From Myxococcota bacterium (GTDB taxonomy: Bacteria > Myxococcota_A > SURF-8), in the NCBI GenBank assembly GCA_965140415.1, contig OZ223209.1, forward strand, positions 1,472,001-1,536,000: a stretch of 64,000 bases of DNA, written 5' to 3'. This document shows positions 8,615 to 18,592 of this stretch, in pieces (the first letter of the stretch is position 1; each line of letters begins with the position of its first letter). The notes below the pieces were generated by a model that was not told the DNA's origin, made no database searches, and was given only the letters and a program-made list of their open reading frames with translations. The position numbers and the translations under genes were made by a program.

Positions 8615-10219
8615 TTAGTTTTTTTGCCGTGATTTCAAAAGCTTGAGTTCGCGCGTGGCTTCTAGATGTGTCGGGTTGAGTTTGAGCACCAACTCGAACC
8701 CCTTGATGGCTTCCTGGTCTTTTCCCATCAAGCGCAGTATGTACGCGCGACCGAAATGAGCGAGTTCCAGTTTGGGGTCGAGCCGCAGAGCCTGCTTGAT
8801 CTTGTCGAAGGCTATCTCGCGATCCGCATCGGTATTCTTGGATATGTTGAATTCCGCCCAGGCCATGATCGTGAGCACCGTAGGATCATGCGGATAGATG
8901 GCATGGGCGCGTTGCGCGGCTTCCAATGCCTGTTTGTAATCCCTTTTCTTGAAGAGGATTTTCACCTTCTCGATATCCAGGGCCGCTCTTTTGCGTTGTT
9001 CGGCCCTGTGCATGTTTCCCTTCAGAGCCGGATCTTTATAAGCCTTCAAGAATTCTTCGCGGCTTTTAGGATTACTCAATGTCTGATAGGCATTGCCCAA
9101 GGCAGAGAATACCTTTTCGCAGCCAGCAACCAGGTCAGGATTCTCGATTCCCGACAAACGATCCGGGTGAAAACGGCGAACCTGTGACGAGTAGGCGGCT
9201 TTGACTTCCTCACGGCTTGCTTCTGGCTCTACGCCAAGGATGGTGGCTGGGTTATGGCTTTTAATGGCCTGTAATTTGGCATCGATCTCTTTCTGGAGTT
9301 TTAGAATTTGCGGGTCCAAAGTAGGAGCCGCTTTCGCTTTCACCTGCGGTTGCGCTTGCGGTTTGGGTGCAGGGTTCGGTTGCTTGTTTCCATTTGAAGC
9401 AGGCGTGGTCTGAGAGCGCTTCACTTCGGAATCCGTATTGACCGGCTTGGCTCTGAGATGGACGGAATTTCCCGCTTTGCCATTTTCGGCACCGTCACGT
9501 CGTTCCGGTTTGGAACGTAGCTCCAATACTTGAGTCAGCTTCAATAATGCCACCACTGCCATGGCTTCTCTTGGATTCAGACCGCTGATCATGTTGAAGT
9601 CCTGATAGGTTCGAGGAACCGACCAGTTTCTTAAAGCTTGTACGATATTCGGCGGTAGTTGAAGGTTCGGCAGCAAAAAACTCAGGCTGGAATTCGGGAT
9701 CAATAACTTATCGCTGAATTGAGATTGTAATTGCGTTACTTGCTCAGGAGTGCTGAAAAAGCGGAATGCAATGAACAAGACCTGAAACAGGTTAACCGGC
9801 GTCAACTGATCAGGAGCGAAAGGAAGATCCGTTTTCTCGGTAGTCGTTGAGGCTTGCTTCAAGCAGAGCATCGCCAGATTTCGCCCCAGAACTTCCATGC
9901 GTGCATTGCGTAACTGATGGGAAGTGATCAGGTTCTTTTTCCTGAGAAAATCGAGTGTATCTGCGGGAGGAGTGTCTGCGGAAGATATCGCTGCACGGAT
10001 TTTCTCTTGTGTGCAGTAGCCCGCTTCGATGATGATGTCCTCCGGGGATGCCCCTAAGGCATTCGATTCGATATAGACAGGAATCCCCTCCTGGAGCCAA
10101 ATATTGGAAACCCCAGTGCTATCGGTTATTTCCATTCTTCCCGAATGGCGTTCAAGATAAAGGCGGTACAATTGGACCGCAACCGGATAATCTGATAACA
10201 GGTCGCCCACGTAAACCAA
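8615..10219 (-). CDS. DnaJ-domain/TPR protein with a DUF4388-like N-terminus
   Basis: J-domain ILGV...VKAAY...FHPDRL...AYQTL; C-terminal TPRs; start codon uncertain. Confidence 0.85.
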   Translation of the reverse strand: MVYVGDLLSDYPVAVQLYRLYLERHSGRMEITDSTGVSNIWLQEGIPVYIESNALGASPEDIIIEAGYCTQEKIRAAISSADTPPADTLDFLRKKNLITSHQLRNARMEVLGRNLAMLCLKQASTTTEKTDLPFAPDQLTPVNLFQVLFIAFRFFSTPEQVTQLQSQFSDKLLIPNSSLSFLLPNLQLPPNIVQALRNWSVPRTYQDFNMISGLNPREAMAVVALLKLTQVLELRSKPERRDGAENGKAGNSVHLRAKPVNTDSEVKRSQTTPASNGNKQPNPAPKPQAQPQVKAKAAPTLDPQILKLQKEIDAKLQAIKSHNPATILGVEPEASREEVKAAYSSQVRRFHPDRLSGIENPDLVAGCEKVFSALGNAYQTLSNPKSREEFLKAYKDPALKGNMHRAEQRKRAALDIEKVKILFKKRDYKQALEAAQRAHAIYPHDPTVLTIMAWAEFNISKNTDADREIAFDKIKQALRLDPKLELAHFGRAYILRLMGKDQEAIKGFELVLKLNPTHLEATRELKLLKSRQKN

Positions 10220-10482
10220 CTCTTGCTCGATATGTTAATACTCCCTACCCCGACTCATTGGAATCAGGGCAATCCCTCTCCCGTTTTGGGGTTCCTATTG
10301 TAAGTTTCTTGTTATGAAAGTCAAGCGCCTGAAACAGTAAGTTTTGGATGCTCTGGCTTTTTTTGTGCAAAACCATAAGAAAGTCCGGTTCTAAGCGTGT
10401 TGTATACAAAGTATGAAGAATGGATCGAGTGCTTATAAGTGATTGAATCTCCATATTAAAAGCGGGATAGTATGTTTTATGC

Positions 10483-10511
10483 TTGACTGACTGAATGTCA
10501 AAATGTAAAAT
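10483..10511 (+). promoter_or_regulatory. Sigma70 promoter overlapped by a TTGAC-N9-GTCAA palindrome (probable TetR autoregulatory operator)
   Basis: TTGACT-N17-TAAAAT; palindrome ttgactgactgaatgtcaa at 10483-10501. Confidence 0.55.
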
Positions 10512-10695
10512 CAATTTCGTACAAAAAGAAAACAGAAATTATAATTACTTGAAAAGACAGTGAAATAAATGGGTGTCACGAAAATGAAATATATGTCAGT
10601 TTCGTGCGCTATTGTTTGGTGTGGTTTTTTGGGTTTGGGTTCTACGGTTTATTTTTCACCAGCAGTTTGAGTATTCAGTAAAGGGAGGTGGAAGG

Positions 10696-11313
10696 ATGTT
10701 GACCAAAGACTATATTTTAAAGCAAGCGGCGGAGGTGGTTTTCAGCCAGGGTTACTTCAAAACACGGTTATCCGATGTGGCGCAAAAGATCGGGGTTACT
10801 CGACCGAACCTTTATTATCATTTCAAAAACAAAGAAGATCTGATGATCCAGCTTCTCGATTGGGTCGAAGATACGCACGGCAGCAAACTGATCGAACCGC
10901 TGAAAGCCAGTGAAGATCCGATCATTGCCGTTTTGCAATATCTTGATGTGATGACGGGTAATTGCGAGAAGCGAAGTCGCAATCGTTGCGGTGTGGTGCT
11001 TTCTTCGCTTGTCAGCGAACTTGGCAACCAGGGTTTGCTGTTTCAACGCAGGGTGCAGCGTCATTTTGAATCCATGATCGAACGGATTCGCGAACGACTG
11101 GAAGAAGGGGTGGAAGACGGCTATTTCAAGCAGGAAATGGACGCCGCCCAGGTTGCGCGCTGGATCCAAGTGCATCTGCAAGGCTACGTGATGCTCATGC
11201 ATTCGCACATGGAGTTGAGCTACAAAAAGGATTGTCGTGACTTCATCCAGGGATACCTGGAATACATGCGAAATCCTATGCGCCCAACCACCACGACAGT
11301 TGCAAACGTGTAG
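10696..11313 (+). CDS. TetR/AcrR family transcriptional regulator
   Basis: HTH GYFKTRLSDVAQKIGVTRPNLYYHFKNKEDL; GGAGG RBS. Confidence 0.92.
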   Translation: MLTKDYILKQAAEVVFSQGYFKTRLSDVAQKIGVTRPNLYYHFKNKEDLMIQLLDWVEDTHGSKLIEPLKASEDPIIAVLQYLDVMTGNCEKRSRNRCGVVLSSLVSELGNQGLLFQRRVQRHFESMIERIRERLEEGVEDGYFKQEMDAAQVARWIQVHLQGYVMLMHSHMELSYKKDCRDFIQGYLEYMRNPMRPTTTTVANV

Positions 11314-11325
11314 AACGAGTACGGG

Positions 11326-14223
11326 CTATTTACCTAGCCGTTTAAGGCGCTTAACCGTTTGATTGGCAAGTCCGCGAGTCCAACGGTTGTCATACGTTGA
11401 TGCCACTTTTTTCAATAATGGCAAGGCCCGCTTGTCATTTAATTTTGCAAATCCGTAAATGGCGGGGACGATCATCATGCGATCGTTAAGCGCTTCTTTG
11501 CATAGCTCAAAAGCTTCTGGGGCGCGTGTTCGGGCAAGGGCCACCAGCAGTCCGCGTTTCACCAAAGGATGAGTTTCTGTTTTGTAGTGCTGGAGCAAAA
11601 TTGTAGCGCTGGATGAGTAGAAGCCCAGTGATTCAGCAGCCGTATAACGAATCTTGTAATCCGGATCGTTCAGTAGCTGTTGTAACGGCTGTGCAATAGA
11701 TTTCCCACCGATGCCATGAAGAGCTTTGATAGCCGCAACTCGAAGCGCGTTTGGCTGTCCCGGCTTTATCAAATCCAAATAAGTAGCCAATGCTTTTTCA
11801 CTCGATTTTTTTACAATGGCTTTCGCTGCAAGTTGACGCAGTGCGGGATCTTCTTTCGAATCATTGAGCATCTTCAGGAACAAACTGTCATGCCGTGTGG
11901 ATTTCTGCCTGTATAATGCATAGGCCGTTTCGTAGCGCTCTCGTCCATGAGATTGCGTGAAGCGCTGCAAAAGAGCATCTCTTCCCTGTTTGCCGGAATA
12001 CTTGTTCAACAGTTTCGCCAAGGCAATGCGCACCTCGGAAGAGCTTTCCGCTTTGAAAAGGGCAACCAGCTCCTTCATATGTTTTTTTCTCAGAGCACTG
12101 GGATGAAGTCTCACTAACCCGGCGGCTACACGGCGGGCACGAACGGAAGGCGCATGTTTCAGAAGTGCCAGGCATTGACTGAAGCTGGTTTCGTCCAATT
12201 CGCCGAGCATCTGCTTCCAGGCCCAAGGGTAAACCTGATACAGCTCAAGCATCAACCGCTTGGCCACCGGCGATTCGGGATAGAAGATGTCTCGCATCTC
12301 ATTGGGATCGCTTTGAAGATCGAAAAGTTGCAGGGTTTTCGCAGAGTAGATCAGCTTGTAGCGGCCATCCAGCACCGCGCGGGCTTTTTTGCCGTCGGAA
12401 CGAGTGAAATAAACGCGATCCGCCTGGTCCTCTTCGCCCATCATCAACGGAATCAGGCTGCGCCCCAGAAAATGTGTGCGGTCGGGCAAGTCGAAAAGTT
12501 CCGCTGCGGTCGGCAATAAATCGAGATTACCAACATGTGCATCCGTTTCGCCACCGGACATACCGGGAATGTACAGCATCATCGGAACGCGCACCTGCTC
12601 CCAGTAACAGGATGTCGAATGTCCTTTGCGGCCATGTTCCATAAACGCTTCGCCGTGATCGGCAGTGACGGCGATGATGGTGTTTTCCAACAATCCCTGT
12701 TGGGTCATCTGTTCAATCATGCGTCCGAAAACTTCATCGGTGTATAAGGTGGCTTTGTCGTAGTCCGACAGCTTTTCGAATCCCGGGTAATCATTCGTGT
12801 AGCCGGGTGGATAGTAGTATTCTTCGTGTAGTTGATAGAAATGGATGTAGGCGAAGAAGGGATCTTTCGTTTCCTGCTCGAGAAGCTCTTTGGTGCTTGC
12901 TTCGAAATCGACACGGGTTTTCTTTTCCGTGTATTCCACCCGCCCGAAGCCTTCGTTGATGAATGTGACATGTTTCAGGTTAATCAGGTGAAAATACTGC
13001 GGCAGTGCACCGAATGTGTGATAACCGATCTGGTCGAACTGGTCGATATAAGTCGGGAAACGCATTTCGTTTCCGGTCAGAACCACTTGGCTGGAGAACA
13101 GGCTGGGAATGGAAAAAGCCGTATTGGACGCCTGGCTGGTTGTGTTTCGAAAACGGAAACTGCGCCGGGCGAACTCGTCTAGATGCGGAGTCAGGCTGGG
13201 TTCATGTTTACGCAGATTGAACGCGGCGATTTGATCGGCTCGCAACGCATCGACGATAACGAGCATGAAGTTCAATGGAACGGTCGGCAGCGTGCTTTTA
13301 AATTCCTTCAATTTCGCTTCGGGAGTCGGCACGTATGGAACCGGGATGGAATCCTCTGCCGGTAATTCCGCCAGATAATTGAAGAAATCGGAGGCGGTTT
13401 TATCCGGCCAGAGCGACAATAACTGTTCCGTCGAATAACGACTGACACTGCCCCAGCTTACGAATCGCGAGAGCGCCGGGGAAACCGGACGTCGGGTAGT
13501 AGGAATCAGAATTAACAGGGCAACCGGCAACGCTATCGCCCATAAAACAAAACTGGAGCGGAGCAGGCGCGGTAGTGTTTGCGGAAGCAAAGCAAGCAGG
13601 GCAATCTGTAGGGCGAGCAGAGCCAGTGCCTGCTGTAGCCAATGCATGGGATGATACAGACCCGGTAGAATCATCCGATCGGAGATCAGTAGCAATAACG
13701 CGGCGATAAAAGCGAGTAGACCCGTACCAAGCACGACCGGGCGGGATCTTGCCAGTAGCCAACGCGAAATGACAAGTAGAATCCAAAAGCCGATCGGCAA
13801 CAGAACGGCTGCCAGATAAGGTGCATACTCTGCCAGCGCCATGGTGCGAGCGGCAGGGCCGGAGAAGAGTTGTTTGCCCAGTGGAAATCCCAAGACAGCC
13901 AGGGGACTGCAAAGCAGCAGTAAGCTTAACGCGGGACGCTTGGTCAAACGCAACAAACCGCCAAAGAGGGCGGCAAATAGCATTTCAATCGGTAAAAGCA
14001 GGCAGAAGACCAGTGCGGCCAGCCCTAGTTCGGCGGCGAGTAGGATGCCGATCAGTTGCACATCCTGTCCGCCGGGAAGTAGAAAAGCAATTAATGTAAA
14101 ATCGACGATAAACATCACGAGAACACTGAACAGAATCGCCGCACCGAAATTCTGCCTGAACGACGCTTCTGAATATCCTCGATTATTCGGCGGTTTTCTA
14201 ATCCAATCGGTCATGGTTTCCAT
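11326..14223 (-). CDS. Multi-TM sulfatase-like (LtaS/alkaline phosphatase superfamily) protein with C-terminal HEAT repeats
   Basis: About 7 TM helices; IVDALRAD, SNTAFSIPSLF, ADHGEAF.EHG; HEAT repeats (LRQLAAKAI, IRYTAAESLG); start uncertain (14253/14223/14214). Confidence 0.8.
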   Translation of the reverse strand: METMTDWIRKPPNNRGYSEASFRQNFGAAILFSVLVMFIVDFTLIAFLLPGGQDVQLIGILLAAELGLAALVFCLLLPIEMLFAALFGGLLRLTKRPALSLLLLCSPLAVLGFPLGKQLFSGPAARTMALAEYAPYLAAVLLPIGFWILLVISRWLLARSRPVVLGTGLLAFIAALLLLISDRMILPGLYHPMHWLQQALALLALQIALLALLPQTLPRLLRSSFVLWAIALPVALLILIPTTRRPVSPALSRFVSWGSVSRYSTEQLLSLWPDKTASDFFNYLAELPAEDSIPVPYVPTPEAKLKEFKSTLPTVPLNFMLVIVDALRADQIAAFNLRKHEPSLTPHLDEFARRSFRFRNTTSQASNTAFSIPSLFSSQVVLTGNEMRFPTYIDQFDQIGYHTFGALPQYFHLINLKHVTFINEGFGRVEYTEKKTRVDFEASTKELLEQETKDPFFAYIHFYQLHEEYYYPPGYTNDYPGFEKLSDYDKATLYTDEVFGRMIEQMTQQGLLENTIIAVTADHGEAFMEHGRKGHSTSCYWEQVRVPMMLYIPGMSGGETDAHVGNLDLLPTAAELFDLPDRTHFLGRSLIPLMMGEEDQADRVYFTRSDGKKARAVLDGRYKLIYSAKTLQLFDLQSDPNEMRDIFYPESPVAKRLMLELYQVYPWAWKQMLGELDETSFSQCLALLKHAPSVRARRVAAGLVRLHPSALRKKHMKELVALFKAESSSEVRIALAKLLNKYSGKQGRDALLQRFTQSHGRERYETAYALYRQKSTRHDSLFLKMLNDSKEDPALRQLAAKAIVKKSSEKALATYLDLIKPGQPNALRVAAIKALHGIGGKSIAQPLQQLLNDPDYKIRYTAAESLGFYSSSATILLQHYKTETHPLVKRGLLVALARTRAPEAFELCKEALNDRMMIVPAIYGFAKLNDKRALPLLKKVASTYDNRWTRGLANQTVKRLKRLGK

Positions 14224-14469
14224 TCCCGTATCGCGGTTACTGTCGTTGGACAACGACGAAAAGAAATAGGGCTGGTCTATCCCGTGAGATTTGCGAGCAT
14301 ACCGCTTCTACAGGAGGATTGCAACTTTTTCATGGGAGCCCTTGCAGATCGTTTGGGCTGTGCGAGGGCGCGCTTGATAGATCAGAGAAGCCAAACTTCT
14401 TGTATATTTTCGGAAAGAATGGTAGATTCTAGATAGTTACGGTACATCTCAAAGCTGGTGGAGGGAAGC

Positions 14470-15033
14470 ATGCAGATCTTTATCACGAATCGTTTCATGA
14501 TACATACGGAGCAATTTGTTCGCGATAAGTTCGGCGCAGAAAGCTGGGAAAACGTGCTAAGCGCCATGCCTCACGAAACCAGTATTCTCTATCGAACGAC
14601 GCTGAATCCCAAAGGAGCCACGGAATTCGATCACATCCAGCAGGTCTTGGAAGCGGTCGAAAAGGTGCTGGTCGAGACATCGCCGACTGTGCTCTATGAT
14701 CTGGGTCTGTGGAATAGTGAGCACGATCTGACCAGCACCCAACGGTTGCTGATGAAGCTCATCAGTGTTTCCTGGGTGTTGAAAACCGCTGCGGTTTTGT
14801 GGAAGCAGCGGGTAAAAAACGGGGGGACGATCCATATTTCTACGTTGGGTAAGGGGCATGTCAAAGCCGAGGTACGCAATTTCAGCAAGCCTTCGTCCCA
14901 ATGGTGGTCTTACTTGGCAGGCTGGTTTGCCTGTGCCATTACCTTTAGCGGTGGGGATAAAGCTTCCGTACGCTGGACCGGAGGCGGCGAACGTTCCAGT
15001 AAACCTGCCCTTTTCGATGCTCGCTGGTTTTAG
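14470..15033 (+). CDS. Hypothetical protein (DUF2378/H-NOX-V4R-like ligand-binding fold suspected)
   Basis: FVRDKFGAESWENVL and YLAGWF...GG patterns resemble myxobacterial H-NOX/V4R-like proteins; family call uncertain. Confidence 0.55.
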   Translation: MQIFITNRFMIHTEQFVRDKFGAESWENVLSAMPHETSILYRTTLNPKGATEFDHIQQVLEAVEKVLVETSPTVLYDLGLWNSEHDLTSTQRLLMKLISVSWVLKTAAVLWKQRVKNGGTIHISTLGKGHVKAEVRNFSKPSSQWWSYLAGWFACAITFSGGDKASVRWTGGGERSSKPALFDARWF

Positions 15034-15105
15034 AAAGCCACATTCTCCCGGTTTTTACTCCTGGTAAAATAGAGGCGATTTTCTATATTCATTAGACTCC
15101 TTTAC

Positions 15106-15135
15106 TTGACCACTGCCAAGTTGCCGTGGTACAAT
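15106..15135 (+). promoter_or_regulatory. Putative sigma70 promoter for the hydrolase gene
   Basis: TTGACC-N18-TACAAT with TG before the -10. Confidence 0.45.
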
Positions 15136-15305
15136 CTCGATAGTGATTTCGGGGATCTCGCCCGATAGCCGGTGATGCCACGCCGGTGTTTAATTCGATG
15201 AGAACCCTGGATGTTTCCAGTATTGACGGTTCCTTGCCGGGAATTGGTCCATCATGATAAAGCCTACGGCTTACCGCCGTTATTGTTGTGGATGATTGAA
15301 TTACC

Positions 15306-16547
15306 GTGTTACAGCACTTATGGGTTGATTTCGTGCGTTTAGCAAAAAAGAAACTGGCTGGAGTGACCAACCTGGCCGAGGGGGCATCCGGACGTAAAAG
15401 TCAAAGTGTCGTGTCACGGATACAGAAGCTGTATCGTGTGATCAATCCTGCCCCACCTCCCTTTTTCTATCCCGAACAACAGCATGACTATCTTTTCAAA
15501 AAGATCGCCAAGCGTTCCGTTCAAGTCATTACCGAAGACGACATCACGCTGACGATTACCCACAAGTATCCACGCGAACGGACGCAAAACCTGTATCCCG
15601 TGCTCTGTCTGCCGGGATTGGCGGAAACGCGCTTCGTGCTGGATCAGGCGTTGGGAAACAGTTTCGTCGATTACCTGGCGTTGAACGGTTTCGACGTGTA
15701 CATGGCCGAGATGCGCGGGCATGGTAAAAGCCTGCATTTAAAAGAACGCTACAATTGGAACGTTCAGACTTTCCTCGATTTCGACGTTCCGGCCATCGTG
15801 AATAAAGTGTTGGAAGATTCGGGCAAGGAAAAGATGCTGTGGGTCGGGCATTCGATGGGTGGCATGCTGCTGCTGGCCTACTTGATTTCCGCCGGATTGA
15901 ACAAGGACAAGAATATCTACGATGCCTCCGTTATTCGCGGCGGTATTACGATCGGCTCGCCGGTAACCTTCAATCTGCCAAGCTTGATAATGCTGGCGAT
16001 GGCCTACAAAGGTACGCCGCTGTCACGCCTGCCGTATATTCCAACAGACTTTCTGTCCAGCCTGCTTTCCGTATTGGGTTTTGCACTGGAATCGCCGCTG
16101 ACCACGCATTTCTGGAACTACAGAAATATGGAATTGAACAATAAAATTCTGTATTTGAAAGATGGTCTGGACAATATCGCCCAAGGCGTGATGCGCGACT
16201 TCATGGAATATGCCATGGTAGGGGACTTCTGCTCCAGCGACGGCAAACTGAACTATCGCGAAAACCTGTACCTGATCCATTCGCCGCTGTTGAACATCGG
16301 CGGAATGCGCGACCCATTGGCAGGACCGGAGGGGCAGGAAATCATTTACGACAATATTTCCAGCAAAGACAAAGAATTGCGCATCTTCGGCACTCACGGA
16401 TACATCCGGCGCGATGGCGAACGCTTGAAAATGAAAGATCACACCGATTATGGGCACGTCGATTTGACCTTGGGTAAATATTCCAAGGACGAAGTCTGGC
16501 CTTACATGCTCAATTGGCTGCGCAAACGTGGCAAAGTAGAAGACTGA
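15306..16547 (+). CDS. Alpha/beta fold hydrolase (lipase/PhaC-like)
   Basis: GHSMGG nucleophile elbow, catalytic D in RDPLA, YGHVDL histidine. Confidence 0.88.
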   Translation: MLQHLWVDFVRLAKKKLAGVTNLAEGASGRKSQSVVSRIQKLYRVINPAPPPFFYPEQQHDYLFKKIAKRSVQVITEDDITLTITHKYPRERTQNLYPVLCLPGLAETRFVLDQALGNSFVDYLALNGFDVYMAEMRGHGKSLHLKERYNWNVQTFLDFDVPAIVNKVLEDSGKEKMLWVGHSMGGMLLLAYLISAGLNKDKNIYDASVIRGGITIGSPVTFNLPSLIMLAMAYKGTPLSRLPYIPTDFLSSLLSVLGFALESPLTTHFWNYRNMELNNKILYLKDGLDNIAQGVMRDFMEYAMVGDFCSSDGKLNYRENLYLIHSPLLNIGGMRDPLAGPEGQEIIYDNISSKDKELRIFGTHGYIRRDGERLKMKDHTDYGHVDLTLGKYSKDEVWPYMLNWLRKRGKVED

Positions 16548-16656
16548 GCATCCTTCCTTGACCCAGTTTCTGATCATATTCAGTCATGGATTCTATGAAT
16601 TTGTGTCATAGTCTTACACGTGTACAGACCGGGGACATAGGTAACAGGTGTTCGGT

Positions 16657-16759
16657 GGGTGGCATGGGCGAACCGCAGGTTGCCCATGAGCCGAAACAGG
16701 AACACGGGCAAGCTCCATTTTATTCCGCTTGACCACGTGCCACCCTTTGCTATGGCCAC
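16657..16759. repeat. REP-like palindromic element, copy 1 (full)
   Basis: gggtggca...tgccaccc terminal IR with internal hairpins catgggc/gcccatg and caagc/gcttg; 16701-16759 repeated at 24863-24920. Confidence 0.7.
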
Positions 16760-16768
16760 CCATCCGGT

Positions 16769-17218
16769 TTAGCCGGGCACCTCTACTTTATGGATCATTT
16801 TGATTTGGTACGATTCGTAGCCGAGAGACTCGAATAGTGCTTTTGGACCGTCATCTTCCAGGGGAACATCCACCACGATCCAGTCTATTTCCCGGTTTTT
16901 AAACCAGAAGTTCGCGAGATCGATCATTTTCGTGGCCACTTTCTCACGCCGGTATTCTTCCTTCACATATAGCGTACGGATGCTGCCTCGGTCAATGCCG
17001 CCGGTAAGAGAGTTGTACTGCACGATGGAAGCTTCCAGCACGCCCACCGCCTCCGTACCGGCCTTGGCCATAAGCAGTAAATGCTTTTCCGAATCGATGC
17101 GCGGTTCAAGGAGTTTGAACGCCCGGACATCGTTGATTTCCGCAAATTGCCCCAGCAATTCGACGACGGCGCGGATATCTTTGGAACCGACCTTATGGAT
17201 ACCGATGTTGTTTGTCAC
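16769..17218 (-). CDS. GNAT family N-acetyltransferase
   Basis: LYVKEEYRREKVATKM acetyl-CoA motif, ALFESLGY; AGGAG RBS and GTG start. Confidence 0.85.
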   Translation of the reverse strand: MTNNIGIHKVGSKDIRAVVELLGQFAEINDVRAFKLLEPRIDSEKHLLLMAKAGTEAVGVLEASIVQYNSLTGGIDRGSIRTLYVKEEYRREKVATKMIDLANFWFKNREIDWIVVDVPLEDDGPKALFESLGYESYQIKMIHKVEVPG

Positions 17219-17232
17219 AGTACTCTCTCCTT

Positions 17233-18444
17233 TTATGCTTTGGCTTCTTCCGGGAAAAAGCCCCGATGCAGCTGTCTAACTCCGCGCTGCACGTCGTTAC
17301 AGGCCACGTTAAACGTGATCCGATCTCGTAGAACACGCATTCCGAATACCGTCAGGGATGCTTCTTCCAGTGTCGCCAGGGCCTTGGCCACGATCTGAAA
17401 CGATTCCCCGATTCGTGCGCCGATCAAACTGACACTGCCCGTGTCGCTATCGAACTGCGCGGTATGTTCGCTGATTCGGTCGCCAATAGCGCGCACCGCT
17501 TCCCAATCGGGAACACGATCCGGATGCAGAACGATCGTGCATCCGCCTGCCTCTGAAGAATCCCAGTCTATTTCTTCTGCGCTTACACGTTGCTCGGCCA
17601 GCGCCATTAACAAGGAGTGATGCCGCTGGCTGCTTAGGCCGGGGAGATGAATGCGGTGCAACTTCTTGTGACTGGTTACGGCTCGAACCCGCCGGGTCGC
17701 TCCGTTGTCAATTGTTTTAAGCAGCAGCGTACCTTTGCCTTCTTGGAAGGTGGCGCTTAAATATACTGCCATGCCTTGGGTGCGCGCAAATTCGATGGCA
17801 TCCGGGTTTAACACTCCCGCACCGGCAACGCCCATGGCTTCCATCTCATCGTAGCTCAATTCCGGGATTTTGCGAGCATCGTGGACCAGACGCGGATCGC
17901 TGGTATACACGCCATCCACATCGCTACAGATTTCGCAGTATTCCGCCTTCAATGCCGCTGCAATGGCCACGGCGGAAGTGTCACTGCCGCCACGACCCAA
18001 GGTCGTGACTTCGCGTTTGTAACTCATTCCCTGATATCCGGCGACAATTACGATGCGGTCCCGTTCCAGTTCATCCAGAATGCGCACCGGGCGCACATCG
18101 ATGATACGGGCGTTGGCGTGGCTGTCGCTGGTAATGATGCCACACTGTGAGCCGGTGAAGCTGATGGCGTCCAAGCCCTGATCCTGTATGGCCATCGTCA
18201 ATAATGACATGGCGATGCGCTCTCCCGCCGAGAGCAGCATGTCCAGCTCCCGCTTTTTAGGGGCAAGCGTAACTTTGCGGGCTTTCTCCAGCAGGCTGTC
18301 GGTGGAATCGCCCATGGCGGAAACCACGGCTACGACCTGATACCCACGCTTTTTCGTGGCGATGATGCGATTGGCGACACCACGCAGGCGCTCGACATCC
18401 GCCAACGAAGATCCCCCATATTTTTGTACGACAATCGGTTTCAT
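17233..18444 (-). CDS. lysC: Aspartate kinase
   Basis: [37 protein letters not shown]-terminal ACT domains. Confidence 0.95.
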   Translation of the reverse strand: MKPIVVQKYGGSSLADVERLRGVANRIIATKKRGYQVVAVVSAMGDSTDSLLEKARKVTLAPKKRELDMLLSAGERIAMSLLTMAIQDQGLDAISFTGSQCGIITSDSHANARIIDVRPVRILDELERDRIVIVAGYQGMSYKREVTTLGRGGSDTSAVAIAAALKAEYCEICSDVDGVYTSDPRLVHDARKIPELSYDEMEAMGVAGAGVLNPDAIEFARTQGMAVYLSATFQEGKGTLLLKTIDNGATRRVRAVTSHKKLHRIHLPGLSSQRHHSLLMALAEQRVSAEEIDWDSSEAGGCTIVLHPDRVPDWEAVRAIGDRISEHTAQFDSDTGSVSLIGARIGESFQIVAKALATLEEASLTVFGMRVLRDRITFNVACNDVQRGVRQLHRGFFPEEAKA

Positions 18445-18532
18445 GTCCGTATATCCATAAAAAAAAGCTCGCAACGTTGTAACGTTGCCACGGAAAAAAG
18501 TCAACGTGGAAAGAATACTCCATCATACCATC

Positions 18533-18565
18533 AAAAAACCGGGCGCACCTTATGGCGCGCCCGGC
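18533..18565 (-). terminator. Rho-independent terminator after rpoD
   Basis: ccgggcgc...gcgcccgg stem with an A-tract on + (U-tract on -). Confidence 0.7.
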
Positions 18566-18592
18566 AATATCGCACCAGCTCGGTGGATAATC

